Shown here: positions 1-12,700 of the stretch, piece by piece
How positions within the stretch are numbered: the first letter of the stretch is position 1
Layout of the letters: each line of letters begins with the position of its first letter
Assembly: GCA_964016885.1 (NCBI GenBank)
Contig: OZ024742.1
Coordinates: forward strand, 37,262,001-37,326,000
Reading direction: 5' to 3'
Source: Eledone cirrhosa
Taxonomy: Eukaryota
Length of the DNA: 64,000 bases
Made by a program: the position numbers and the translations under genes
The notes under the pieces: model-generated
Told to the model about the DNA's origin: nothing
Seen by the model: the letters and a program-made list of their open reading frames with translations, nothing else
Database searches by the model: none

Positions 1-91
1 GTATGTATGTGTATATATGTATGTATGTATGTGTGTATATATGTATGTATGTATGTATGTATGTGTGTATATATGTATGTATGTATGTGTG

Positions 92-124
<33 letters not shown>

Positions 125-361
125 GTATATATGTATGCATGTATGTATGTGTATATATGTATGCATGTATGTATGTGTATATATATGTATGCATGTATGT
201 ATGTGTATATATATGTATGTGTATATATGTATGTATGTATGTGTATATATGTATGTGTATATATGTATGTATGTATGTATGTGTATATATGTATGTATGT
301 ATGTATGTGTATATATGTATGTATGTATGTATGTGTATATATATATGTATATATTTATGTA
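1..361. repeat. (TATG/TGTA)n microsatellite
   Basis: Direct reading; explains the spurious MYVC ORFs. Confidence 0.97.
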
Positions 362-1880
362 TATCATCATCATCTTCGATTAACGTCCATCTTTCACACT
401 AGCATGGGTTAGACGGGAGTTGTCCCACTTGAGGCAAGGTTGGTCGGGTGACTGTGGCTCACTCATACAGGACTATCTGTCAGGTTTTCTACGGCTGGAC
501 GCCCTTCCTAACACCAACCACATTTGCAGTTTGGAACTGGGAACTTTTTACCGTGTTACCTACACAGCCACATTACAGCGTGGACTGTGTGTTTTTATGT
601 TGTGACACCTACACGATCTCGATCTCATTATCTCATTTATTTGAACTGGATGTTGTTGTACCAACTTTATAGAGAGAGGGTGGTGGGAGTGGGAGGATAG
701 AGTAGAGGTAGTGGATTGGGGTGTATATTTGGTTAAGCGGTCTCTACTGACTGTAGTTTTCACTTTGTACATAGGCAAGGCGGGTCTTCTGTATTACTGC
801 GTCGCGCCAAAGATCTCGGTCCAGTGACATTGTCTTAGAGAGGTGCAAGTGTGTAAGGTCGGAATTTATCAGATCGTCCCAGGTTTTTCTGGGTCTACCT
901 ACTCCGTAACTACCATCAATTTTGATCGCCCTGCACTTTTTTATACAGCTGTCGTCTTTCATGCGCATCACGTGGCCATACCAACGTAGTCTTCTCTCAA
1001 GTAAACAGCATCTGATCCCTCTTATTCCTAATTTCTCACTTAGTTCATTTATGCTTTGCCGTTCACATATATTACTATTACACATCCAACGGAGCATGCA
1101 TGCTTCGTTCCTTTCCAGTCTACGCAGGTCCTCTGCACGTAATGCCCATGTCTCACTGCCATGTAGCATTGCTGTTCGTATACAAGCATCATACAATCTG
1201 CCTTTCATGTTTAGAGAGAAACCTTTTGTCGCCAACAGCGGTATAAGCTCTTTGAACTTTTTCCATCCCGTTCTGACTCTAGCTACTGTACTTTCAGAGC
1301 ACCCTCCACCACTGCTGATTTTGTCACCCAGGAAACGGAAAGTGTCCACTATTTCTATAGAACCATCTGGGCAGTAGAAGTAGCTAGTATTTTGTGGGCA
1401 CTTGCTACTTATTGTACCTGTGCATTGGCTACATATAATGTCTACGTTCTTAGATAGTTTACCTGTGATCCCACTACATCTTTTATGCACCCATACTTTG
1501 TATTTGGGACATAAAATTGAATTTCTGCCTACTCCTTTCCTACAGACCAAGCATGGCCATTTCCCTGAAGGTACCTGTGCCTTATTTTCCTTTCTACAAA
1601 CTAGTACTTTAGTCTTAGACAAGTTAACTTTAAGGCCTTTTGATTCTAGACCATTCTTCCATGTTTGGAATTTCTTCTCTAGTTCAGCCATCGATTCAGC
1701 TATGAGCGTTTGATCATCTGCATATAGGAGTTCTCATGGGCAGCCGGTCTTGAACTCCTCTGTTATAGCCTGAAGGGCAATAATAAATAGGAGGGAGCTA
1801 AGGATAGATCCTTGGTGAACACCAACTTTTACACTAAATTCTTCACAATATTCATTGTTAATTCTAACCTTACTAACTGT
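362..1880 (-). mobile_element. 5'-truncated RTE-clade LINE (RT C-terminal half, 3' UTR and (GAT)n tail)
   Basis: ORF 744..1691 matches the C-terminus of the 10153..13020 ORF. GVHQGSILS and LYADD lie just upstream with a frameshift. The tail ends in ATGATGATGAT against a microsatellite. Confidence 0.93.
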
Positions 1881-2016
1881 ATATATATATAAACGTGTGT
1901 GCGTGTGTGTATGTATGTATATGTGCGTATGCATGTTGTAAAGAGTTCAGCTGTTGGGCAGTAACTATTTACAATACTATTTACTAATCTAAACTGGTAA
2001 CTCCCAATCTCTCTCT

Positions 2017-2054
<38 letters not shown>

Positions 2055-2185
2055 GATAAATCTACCAAGAGTTTACGGTAGTGTCCAATCCGTATGAAGA
2101 ACTCAATGTAATCCGGATATCATGGAAAGAAGAGATGCATTCAAAAATCACTTTCGGTGAAAGATAAACGGAATACAGAGTCAAG

Positions 2186-2605
2186 ATAAAATATTAAAAA
2201 AATAATGAATAAAACAATGAAACAGTTCCTTATATTAAACAAAAAAAGTTCATTATTTAACGATCGTTTCTAGGACATATATGTGTTAGAATTGGCATGC
2301 ATATTCAACAGATCTATGTACAAAATTATACAAAATTATACAAACTATCAAATTTAATATACATACCAACACATATATATGCCGTCTTCAGAAATAATTC
2401 TGAAGACGGCATATATATGTGTTGGTATGTATATTAAATTTGATAGTTTGTATAATTTTGTATAATTTTGTACATAGATCTGTTGAATATGCATGCCAAT
2501 TCTAACACATATATGTCCTAGAAACGATCGTTAAATAATGAACTTTTTTTGTTTAATATAAGGAACTGTTTCATTGTTTTATTCATTATTTTTTTAATAT
2601 TTTAT
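2186..2605. repeat. Perfect fold-back palindrome, 208-bp arms, 4-nt spacer (Penelope pseudo-LTR-like)
   Basis: 2186-2393 is the reverse complement of 2398-2605; (TA)n follows the right arm. Confidence 0.95.
2252..2398 (-). ncRNA. Type I hammerhead ribozyme motif with long stem II
   Basis: Minus strand: ATTATTT-CTGAAGA-[114 nt, GGCATAT..GTGTTGG pairing with CTAACAC..ATATGTC]-GAAAC-GATC-GTT-AAATAAT. Stem I is 7 bp and loop III is palindromic. The base of stem II is non-canonical. Confidence 0.7.
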
Positions 2606-2929
2606 ATATATATATATATATATACATACATACACACACATATGCATACACACACATATGCATACACAACTTTGAAAATATACCTATGTATATAAACACT
2701 TGTCTGACTGTAAGGTAAATATCAAATATATATATATATATGTTGAAACTCTTTGCTCTCTCTCTCTAACTTGCCTCACACCCTCTCTCACGCCATGTCT
2801 GTTTCTTCCCTGCTACTATTGCTATGTGACTCCACGTCTGCTCTCTTTCAGCTATTCATAGGTCAGCATTTGTAAATAAAGGTAAACAACACTGCCTTCA
2901 TTTCTTTCACTCTTCTATTCACCTGCATC

Positions 2930-4290
2930 TCTTGGTGTTGTTGTCATTGTTTAGCCCTACTTAGAGCTCTAATCTTCCTATCCTACTGCACCCAGGACTA
3001 TATGTCTTCCATTCACATGCATTTCTTGGTGTTGTTGTTGGTGGTGGTGGTGATGTTTGTATTGTATATACTGTTGGTGGCATTTGTTGTATATATTGTT
3101 GTTGGTGTTTGTATTGTTGTATATACAGTTGATGATGTTGGTGTTTAGCTCAGATAGAGCTCTGATTCACCAATGAATAAAAAATGAAATTTACAAGTCA
3201 CGCCTATGTAGGTTTAGCTGGCCTGCTACAAGGTTGTATCTTGTAGGGGGTTTCTTGTGTGCTTTAATGATTGGGGATCCAGTGCTGTTGTTATAACTCA
3301 CACCTCTACAGGTTTAGCTGGTCTCCTATGAGATTTCACGGGTGTTTTAATGATAGCCAGAGTCCTATCATGTTATTGTTGTTGTTACAGTTCACACTTT
3401 TGCTGATCTCCTACAAGGTTGCATTTCATGAGAAGTTTCTTGGGTGCTTTCATGATAAGAAGCTCTGTCCTATCATGAAAACAATGTGAAATGTAGCACT
3501 GCCTAATGCAGGTATTGAACCATCTTATGATTGTGAGTCCAAAACTATGACCATTAGGCACGTGCCCTACTATGATCAAAGATGTTCAAGCTGGGATCAT
3601 CCTATCTTTTAACCATATGTACTACATCCAGCAGCATGTCTTCCATTTATATGCATCTCTTAGTGTTGTTGTCATTTTTTAGCCCTAGGTAAGCTCTGAT
3701 CCACCAGATATATGATCAAAACTGGGATCATCCTCTCTTCTAATCAGGCATATTGCACTTAACACCACTTCTTCTATTCACATGCATCTTTTAGTGTTGT
3801 AGTCGTCGTTGTTTTTGTCATCGTTGTTGTTGCCGTTTAGCCCCAGGTAAGCTCTGGTTCACCTGACCTATATTCAAAGGCCTTGCCAAGCAAACAAATA
3901 AATGGTTGGGAGGACCCTCAGTTGTGTCAAAGGCATGACAACCTCTTCTGAGCACTTGATGGAACATGAGACCATACATAAGCAAGACAGGTCCATGGCC
4001 TGCCTGGGAGATTAGTGACTCTACTTCAGTACTAACTTGGTCTGTATGGATCCATCTAACCCTTGCTAGCAGGGAAAATGGATGTTAAAATGACAATGAT
4101 GATGATTCCAGCTGGGATCTTTTAATCATATGTACTGCATCCAGCACCACATTTCTCCAATTCACATGCATCTTAGTGTTGTTGGTATTTCGCCTCAGGT
4201 AAAACTCTGATTTACCAGATTTATAATCAAAGATGTTCCGGCTAAGATCATCCCATCTTTAAATTAGATCCACTGCATCCAGGACTACAT
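2930..4290 (+). repeat. Degenerate tandem array of ~130-150 bp units interrupted by insertions
   Basis: The motif TTTAGCCC..GGTAAGCTCTGAT..ATCAAAGATGTT..GCTGGGATCATCC..CACATGCATC recurs near 2950, 3145/3570, 3680, 3837, 4105 and 4190. Confidence 0.65.
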
Positions 4291-4559
4291 TATCCAATGG
4301 GGCTTTCTTATTTAAAGGGAGGTTTGATTGCTGTCTATTTACCATGATGTTATCAACTTGGGTTTTACTTTCACTTATGTGTGATACGTATGTCCACAGT
4401 TTTGCTGTTTTCTTTTGAAATGAACACTTGCTACAAATAAGTTTGTTTCTTGAATAATGTTGGTAACCAGACTGCCAATGGAGTTGCAATTAGCATGGTA
4501 TGAAAACTTGACAGTACTTTTGTCTAGTTGTATGTTAAAATCTCCCTTAACAATCAGTA

Positions 4560-5660
4560 TATTGTGTTAGGGCACTTCTTTGTATATGATTGACAGGTGT
4601 ACAATACATTCAATAGTGTTAGTTCAGATCATTAACAGCAAAAAATTGAGTTTAAGAACTAGTAAACTCATATCACACAGAACAAATTACCAGTGGTTGG
4701 CACTAAAAAATGGCGATATGCCAGCATTATGTACTGGGACCGTGAAAAATTGATTTGAAATCCTATGCACGGACCATGATAGAATTACTGAGACATATGC
4801 AAGCTTTATAAAGGTCAATGAGGAAACAGCAAAAAAAAACTTCTACCCAATAAGAAGAGTAGAAGAAAGGATGTGTCAAAACACATGAGAATTGCAATTG
4901 CAAGAGAAGATGAGTTCTACCAGGAACTACTTTCAGAAACCAAGTGCAAAAAAACAAGAGCAAACTTCAAGATATGTATGACACTATCATAGTAGCAGAA
5001 TTGGAAAAGATTATAAAAGACATGGAGGCATCTGATACAAATTCAAAGCACAAAGAAAGCTGGAACTTAGTTAATGAAATAACAGGACGGAAAATAGCTA
5101 AGTGGGTTATGGTCAAGGCCAAAAGCAAAGAAGACAGAATTCATAACTGATATTCCAACTTCAAAGAATGTTTGAGAAAAGAACTGATCATAGATGAAGA
5201 AGATATAACAGTGCTGCAAGACATGAAGATATCAGATGAACCATTCATACTAGAAGTAAAAAAATAAATAAAAGAAAACAAGGTATGTGAACCTGATGGC
5301 ATACCACCAGAAGTATTTGAACAGTGACATAGATAACACCATGCTACACTTTGCAAACAAACTATTAGATGGGGAAAAGCTTGAACAATGGTCAAATAGT
5401 GACTAAACATTTGCCAAAGCCAAGCGGTCTGAGCACCACAGAAAATGACAGCCATTGCAGCTAAACTGGTAAATAAGATGCTTTTGAATAGAATAAGATG
5501 CAAGATAGATTAGCAACATCAAAATAAACACAAGACAGAACACGATATACTGGAAAATATGGAGACATAGTGTTTGAAAGCTAAAGGACCTTCCAGTTAG
5601 AAAGGCCCTACAGGATGCAGTAGATGAGCTAGATACATATAAGATAGAGGACAATTAGAA
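4560..5660 (+). mobile_element. Highly degraded LINE fragment (EN end to RT start)
   Basis: Remnants of SDH, ESWNLVNEITG and PDGIPPEV (5291-5314) with many stops. Confidence 0.6.
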
Positions 5661-6778
5661 ATACCTACGTGAAAACCTTTTGTTGTTGTTGGTGATATTG
5701 ATGTTGTGGTGGTGATATTGGTGTAATTACTGTTGTGGTGATATTGGTGATGTTATTGTTGTTGTTATATTTGTTGGAGCGGTGATATTGATGTTGATAT
5801 TGTTGTAGCACTTCTCTTCCCTGAAAACAATGTTAAAAACAAAGTAAGAAAAAACAACCAAACAAGTATCGTTAATATTTTTGTCCTATGTTAATGTTTA
5901 TAAAAGAACAGTCTGGAGTAGGGTGTGGGTGGATGTGATACCAAACTGCCTGAAACCTCCCTTAGTTTTTTTTATATAAAGCTGTTTTTATTTTTAAAAT
6001 ATTCTAACATAATTTTATGTAAAAACCTTTGTTAAATTATGTTTCAACCAGAAAATTAATATTACTAAATCCCTACAAATTCTCGATTATTTTCAAAATT
6101 ATTTGAAAACCACAGACAGTCTTTCATTAGAAATATGGCAATGAAAGAATTAGTGTATAAATTTATCTAAAAAAATATTCCATTATATTTTTATATAAGA
6201 ATCTTTGTTCCAAACACCATCTTATGCTGGAGCACTATATAATGTATCTAGTCCACCTTGTAAACTAGTTGGTGATAGAAAACTTCTGCCAAAATACCTC
6301 TAACTAGAACAATGTATATCATCATGATGTTAAAGTTAAGGATGTCAAAATGCACCTGGTACGCTCTGTAAAGTGGTAGGAGTTGGTACCACAGTAAAAT
6401 GCACCCAGTCTATTTTGTAAAGTGGATACTGCTGGTGCCATGATAAAAAGCACTCAGTCTACCCTGTAAGATGGTTGTGATGGTGCCATGATGAAATGTA
6501 TCTGGTACACACTTGATGTGAGTGGTGTTAGGAAGGGCATCCAGTTGTAGAAACCATGCCAGAATTGAGTAAGATGGAGTCATCAGACATGTTTAGCCTC
6601 ACAATATTACACATGCAAGTCTGAAAAATAGATGTAAAACGGTGATGATAATCATGCTATGAAACTATTAGACTGTCAACTTAAATGTGTTAAATTTGAT
6701 AAATTAATGTTTTGAATTTCACTGATGTTAAATCCGCCCTTGTTCACTATGTCTGGTATGTCACTGATATAACTGCTT

Positions 6779-7140
6779 CATCATTATCACTCACATCATC
6801 ATCATGATCATCACCACCACTATTCTTAACATGCTCATCATCACTAACATAACCATCATCACTCACATCATCATCTCTCAAATCATCATCGTCATCATCA
6901 AACGCATCATCATCATTATCATGACTAACATCATTATCATCATCACCTTTATCAGTAACATCACCATCATCATTATCACTATCACCTCCATCATTAATAT
7001 CATCACCATTACCATCATTAATACCACAATCCTCATCACCATTATTACCATCACCATCATTATCATCATCATTAGCACCATTATAACCATTATCATCATC
7101 ACCACCATCTTCATTATCATCATCACCACCTTTGTCACAA
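6779..7140. repeat. Degenerate (ATC/ACC)n microsatellite
   Basis: Direct reading. Confidence 0.9.
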
Positions 7141-7350
7141 TTTTATCATCATATATACCACCACCCCCAACAACAACAGCACTGCCACTAACACCATCAC
7201 CATTAACATCATTTTACATTGATTTTTATCTCTTCTCTGTAGAATGTTCTTATTGCTTCCATGTAATTTCCTTCAGGACATAACATTTAACTCAACAACA
7301 CCAGTCTTGTTGTATGTGTAGTAGAGGGGTGTGTGTGTAATTATATATAT

Positions 7351-9024
7351 CATCATCACCATCATCCTTTTAATGTCTGCTTTCCCTGCTAGCAAGGGTT
7401 GGATGGGTCCACAGAGACCAATTCAGTACTGAGGCGGAGCCACTGATCTCCCATGCAGGCGAGGGCTCTGTTGTCTCGCTTATGTATGGTCTCGCATTCC
7501 ACCGAGTGTACAGGAGAGGTTGTCAGGTCTTTGACTCAACTGAGTCTTCCTAACCCTTCGTTTGGCAAACTTTCTATGACTGGATGCCCTTCCTATCACT
7601 AACCACTTTACAGTGTGTACTGGGTGTATTTATTGTGTAGATCACTAGGGAGGCTGTCATGTCTATGACATGACTGAAGGGTCCTCCTGACCCTTTGTTT
7701 GCTTGACAAGACCTTTGAATATAGGTCTGGTGTAGAGGTAGTGGTTCCCTGAACTTTTTCCAACCCAATCTCACCCTGCCTACTGTGCTTTCAGAACACT
7801 CTCTTCCACTGCTAATTTTGTGACCCAGGTAACAGAAACTATGTACTACTTCTACAGAGCCGTTTGGGCATTTGAAGGAGTTTGTATCCTGTGAGCTCTT
7901 GCTACTTACTGCACCTCTGCATCGGCCACATTTAAAACCTCTGTTCTTTGTTTAGCCTACCTGAAATCCCACTACATCTCTCGTGTTCCATAGTTTGCAT
8001 TTGTGACGTAGGATGGAATTTCTACCTACTCCTTAGAGGTTTACCTTTAGCTAGATACTTCTCCTGCCGTTGCCTCACAAGGAAATGGCATCTGTGGTAC
8101 TTTTACCTGGTACAAATCCAAACTGCATCTCATCTAGGTTAACTTGATCCCTAATCAGCTGTGCTATAATGTTTTCTGTGACTCTCATAATCTGATCAAC
8201 CAACTTAATGCCTCTATAGATTTTTCTGTCTTGAGCATCTCCTTTGCCCTTGTAGTAGTTGATGAAGGATGCTATGCAAGTCATTGGGTATGATGCCATT
8301 TGGTATTACTTGGTTTACAATACGGATGGGGATGGTATGACCGACCATTCTAGATGCTTTCAGCATCTTGGCAACGATCCCTGAGAGACCAGCTGTCTTG
8401 CCTGTCTTCATATCCTTGATTGCCTTACTTACTATACTACTACTGACTTGTACAGCTGGTTCCTCTGTTGGGTAGTCTTTGGGCAATACTTATCGCCTAG
8501 TTTCTCTCCTAGTATTCTAGTAGACTTCTCTACTACACCCATTTTGCTATTCCTTCCATGTGTCTTTTGGCCTTAATTGTCTCATCTACCTTACTATTCC
8601 ACCACCAAATCACTCTCCTTCTCCCTAGAGACTTACTCCAACCACAGATCTCATTTGTCACCTTCAGTAGGTTATCTTTCAGGAACTCCCACTGCTCCTC
8701 TATATCATATGTCTCTATTTGTTCTTCCTTACTGTCAAAAGTGTCACTCAACATAATTCTAAATGTTACTGGTTGATGGGTCTTTTAACTTCCATATTCT
8801 TCTTCTCCAGGTTGTCTTCTGTAAGCAAGTTCTTCTAGCCCTAACTATAGGGTCACAAACTACTAAGTTATGTTGGGAGGTGCATTCTTCACCTGGGAGG
8901 GATTTTGTGTTCACAACCATCACTCTGTCTCGTCTTTTGTTAAGAATAAAATCTATCTGGCTGGCATGCTCACCTGATCTATATGTGTTTATGTGGTTGT
9001 CTTGTTTTGTGAAATTTGTGTTAC

Positions 9025-9028
<4 letters not shown>
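7351..9028 (-). mobile_element. Older, internally deleted RTE LINE copy
   Basis: Fragments EEQWEFLK..WWWNSKV, YKGKGDA..DEMQFGFVPGKSTTDA and RLGWKKFRE, plus the same 3' tail at ~7351-7410. Confidence 0.85.
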
Positions 9029-9092
<64 letters not shown>

Positions 9093-9769
9093 AAGTGAGT
9101 CCTTCATCAGTGACCCTCCAACCGTCCTCGGCATTTCATCGCTTTAAGGGCCATATGCCTCAGGTTGGTACGAACAACGGCTAAAAAAAGTCGTTGGGAC
9201 ACGTAAATAAAGGGGGACGCTAGAGTAACAACAAAAGGGTTTAAGCAACGGAAAGTGAGTAGAAATAGACAAGTCCCAGATCTCTATGAATATAAACTCT
9301 GTGAAATCGTGAACAAGAGACGAAAGACCATCGAACCTGGTAGAAATGTGAGCAAGGAAAGAATTTCGTCCAAGTTTGACGGGGGGGGAAAAAAGAGAGA
9401 GAGAGAGAAAGAAAAAGGAGAGAAGAGGAAGAAGAAGAAGAAGAAGAAGAAGATAAGGGGGTCTGGTCTATGAATTCGGTAAACGCAAGTTTTGTGAAGT
9501 CGCAGACGAAAGAGAGAGAGAAAAAAATTCCATACCAGCTCGGTCAAGACTGCGCGAGAAAAGAATTACACACAGGTCAAACTTGAAGGAGGAGGAGGAA
9601 AGAGGAGGAGGAGAGGTAGTGACAGAGAATGAGTGAGTGAAAGTTGAGGAGAGTTAGAAACTCAAAATAGTCTCTTACAATAAAATAGCTCTAGGAAAGA
9701 GATTTTACCGAGCTGTATATTATAACTGAATATAAAAGAAGAAAAAAAAAAATATATATATATATATAT

Positions 9770-12700
9770 ATCATCATCAACGTTTAACGTCCGTGTTCCA
9801 CGCTTGCATGGGTTTGGACGGGGGTTTTCCCACTTGAGGCAAGAGTGATTGTCTTGCTCGCATAGGACTGTCTGGCAGCTTTTCTACAGTTGGATGCCCT
9901 TCCTAACACCAACGACATTTACAGTGTGGGTCTGGGAGGTTTTTACCGTGTTGCCTACACGGCCACATTACAGTGTGGACTGTGTGTTTTTTTTGTCGTG
10001 ACACCTACACGATCTCATTTGTTTCGGCCTGGATGGTGTGGCGCCAACATAACTTTACATAGAAGGGGGCGGTGTGGATGGGGTGGGGGTGGTGGGACGG
10101 GGGTGTATTTTGTTAGAGATGCCTACTGACTGTAGTAAGTTTTACTATGTATTTAGGTAAGGCGGGTCTTCTCTATTACTGAGTACCGCCAAAGGTCTCG
10201 GTCCAGTGACATTGTCTTGGAGAGGTGTAAGTGTGTGAGGTCGGAGTTTATCAGGTCGTCCCAGGTTTTTCTAGGTCTGCCTATTCCGTGGCTACCGTCT
10301 ATCTTTATTGCCCTGCACTTTGTTATACAGCTATCGACTTTCATGCGCATCACGTGTCCATACCAACGTAGCCTTCTCTCGAGTAAACAACATCTGATCC
10401 CTCTTATTTCTAATTTTTCCCTTAGTTCGTTTATGCTTTGCCGTTCGCGTATATTACTATTACACATCCAGCGAAGCATGCAAGCTTCGTTCCTCTCTAG
10501 TCTGCGTATATCCTCTGCACACAATGCCCAGGTCTCACTGCCATGCAACATTGCTGTTCGTATGCAGGCATCATACAACCTGCCTTTCATTTTTAGGGAG
10601 AACCCTTTAGCGGCTAATAGAGGTATAAGCTCTCTGAACTTTTTCCATCCAGTTCTGACTCTAACTACTGTACTTTCAGAGCACCCTCCCCCACTGCTGA
10701 TTTTGTCACCCAGGTAACGGAAGCTGTCCACTATTTCTATAGAGCCCTCTGCGCAGTTGAAAGAGCTAGTATTTTGTGGGCACTTGCTGCTACTTATTGC
10801 ACCAGAGCACCGGCCACATGTGAAATTTATGTTCTTAGTTAGCTTACCTGTGATCCCACTACATCTTTTATGCACCCATACTTTGCATTTCTGACACAAA
10901 ATGGAGTTTCTACCTACGCCTTTCCTACACACTGAGCATGGCCACTTCCCGGAAGGGACCGCCGCCTTATTTTCTTTCCTACAAACTAGAACTTTGGTCT
11001 TAGCCAGATTAATTTTAAGGCCTTTTGATTCTAGGCCGTGCTTCCATGTTTGGAATTTCTTCTCTAGCTCGGCCATTGATTCAGCTATGAGTGTTAGGTC
11101 GTCTGCGTATAGGAGTTCCCATGGGCAGCCGGTTTTGAACTCCTCTGTTATAGCCTGAAGGGCAATAATAAATAGTAGGGGGCTGAGAACAGAGCCCTGA
11201 TGGACGCTAACTTTTACGCTAAACTCTTCACTATATTCGTTGTTAATTCTAACCTTGCTGACTGTTTCTTTATACATGGCTTGTATAGCTCTCACAAGCC
11301 ATTCGTCGACACCTAGTTTTCTAAGGGCCCACCAGATAATGGAACGGGGGACTCTGTCGAAGGCTTTCTCCAAGTCGACAAAAGCTAAGTATAGGGGTTT
11401 ACTTTTAGCTAGGTACTTCTCCTGTAGTTGTCGTACAATGAAAAGAGCGTCTGTGGTACTTTTGCCTGACACAAACCCGAACTGCATTTCATCTAGGATA
11501 ATTCTCTCTCTGATTAGTTGCGCTATTACTTTTTCCGTGACCTTCATGACCTGGTCGATTAATTTAATGCCTCTATAGTTACTCCTATCTAGGGCATCTC
11601 CTTTACCCTTATAACAGTTAACGATGATGCTGCTATGCCACTCCTTCGGAACAACCCCATTCTGTGCGACTTGGTTAACTATCCGGGTGACCATGGTGTG
11701 TCTCACCGTGCCAGATGCCTTCAGCATCTCAGCAACTATTTCCGAAGGCCCAGCCGCCTTACCCGTCTTCATATCCTTGATTGCCTTACTTATTATACTA
11801 CCCTCGACTAACACTGCTGGTCCCTCTATTGGGTCGATGTGGGGGAGACTGTCTTTCTCCCATTTATTCTCCTCATTTAGTAGCCTTTCATAGTGACACT
11901 TCCAAGCTACCTTCTTATCAGCGTTGGTGATGGCAAGTACGCCGTCATCATTAAGTACACACTTCTCCCCGACAATATCACGGTTTTCCTTGACACATTG
12001 CCTAGCAATCCTGAACACCTCACGTTTTTGGTCCTCGCGTTGTAGAACATGCTTGAACTTTCTTTCCTCTGCTTCCCTTCTTGCGAAGTACACTTGTCTC
12101 CTAGCTTCCCTCCTGGCCACTTGATAGTCTTCTCTACTTCCCCCATCCCGCCATACTTTCCAAGCCTGCTTTTTGGCCTTAATTGACCCCTCCACCTTAC
12201 TGTTCCACCACCATGTTACTCTCCTCCTGCCTACAGGCCTGCTCCAGCCACAGACTTTGTCTGCCGCCATCAGCAGGTTTGCTTTCAGGAATTCCCACTG
12301 TCCCTCTATATTGTTCGACTCTAATTGCTCTTCCTTACTGTCGAAAGCATCAAGTAATATGCTTTTAAATTTATTTCTGGCTGTGGGGTCCTTTAGCTTC
12401 CATATTTTTCTCCTGAGGATAGTCCTCTTCTGCTGTCGAGTACGTCTCGTCCTGACTATGAGGTCACTAATTATCAGTCTATGTTGGGAGGTGCATTCTT
12501 CATGGGGGAGGGATTTAGTGTTTACAACAGACACTCTGTCACGTCTTCTGGTAAGGATATAATCTACCTGGCTTGTGTGTTCCCCAGATCTATAGGTGAT
12601 CAGGTGATTGTCACGTTTTTTGAAGTTAGTGTTACAGATAGTTAGGTTATTTGCATCACAGAATTCCAGGATTCTGGAGCCTTCCTCATTTCTAGTACCA

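Noticed and set aside
3-412. 126-131 aa MYVC-repeat ORFs
   Set aside because: Translations of a stop-free microsatellite.
6804-7283. Poly-Ile/Thr ORF and a possible SLAIN exon near 7277-7311
   Set aside because: ATC microsatellite. The candidate exon is not phase-compatible with the 17959 exon and has no recognisable motif.
9090-9180. Minus-strand CTGATGA and CTGAGG..GAAA motifs
   Set aside because: The first is cut off by (TA)n before any GAAA; the second lacks A9 and a UH cleavage site.
10217-12562. Antisense ORFs over the LINEs
   Set aside because: Shadow ORFs of the RT frame, repeated in each copy, with no independent motifs.
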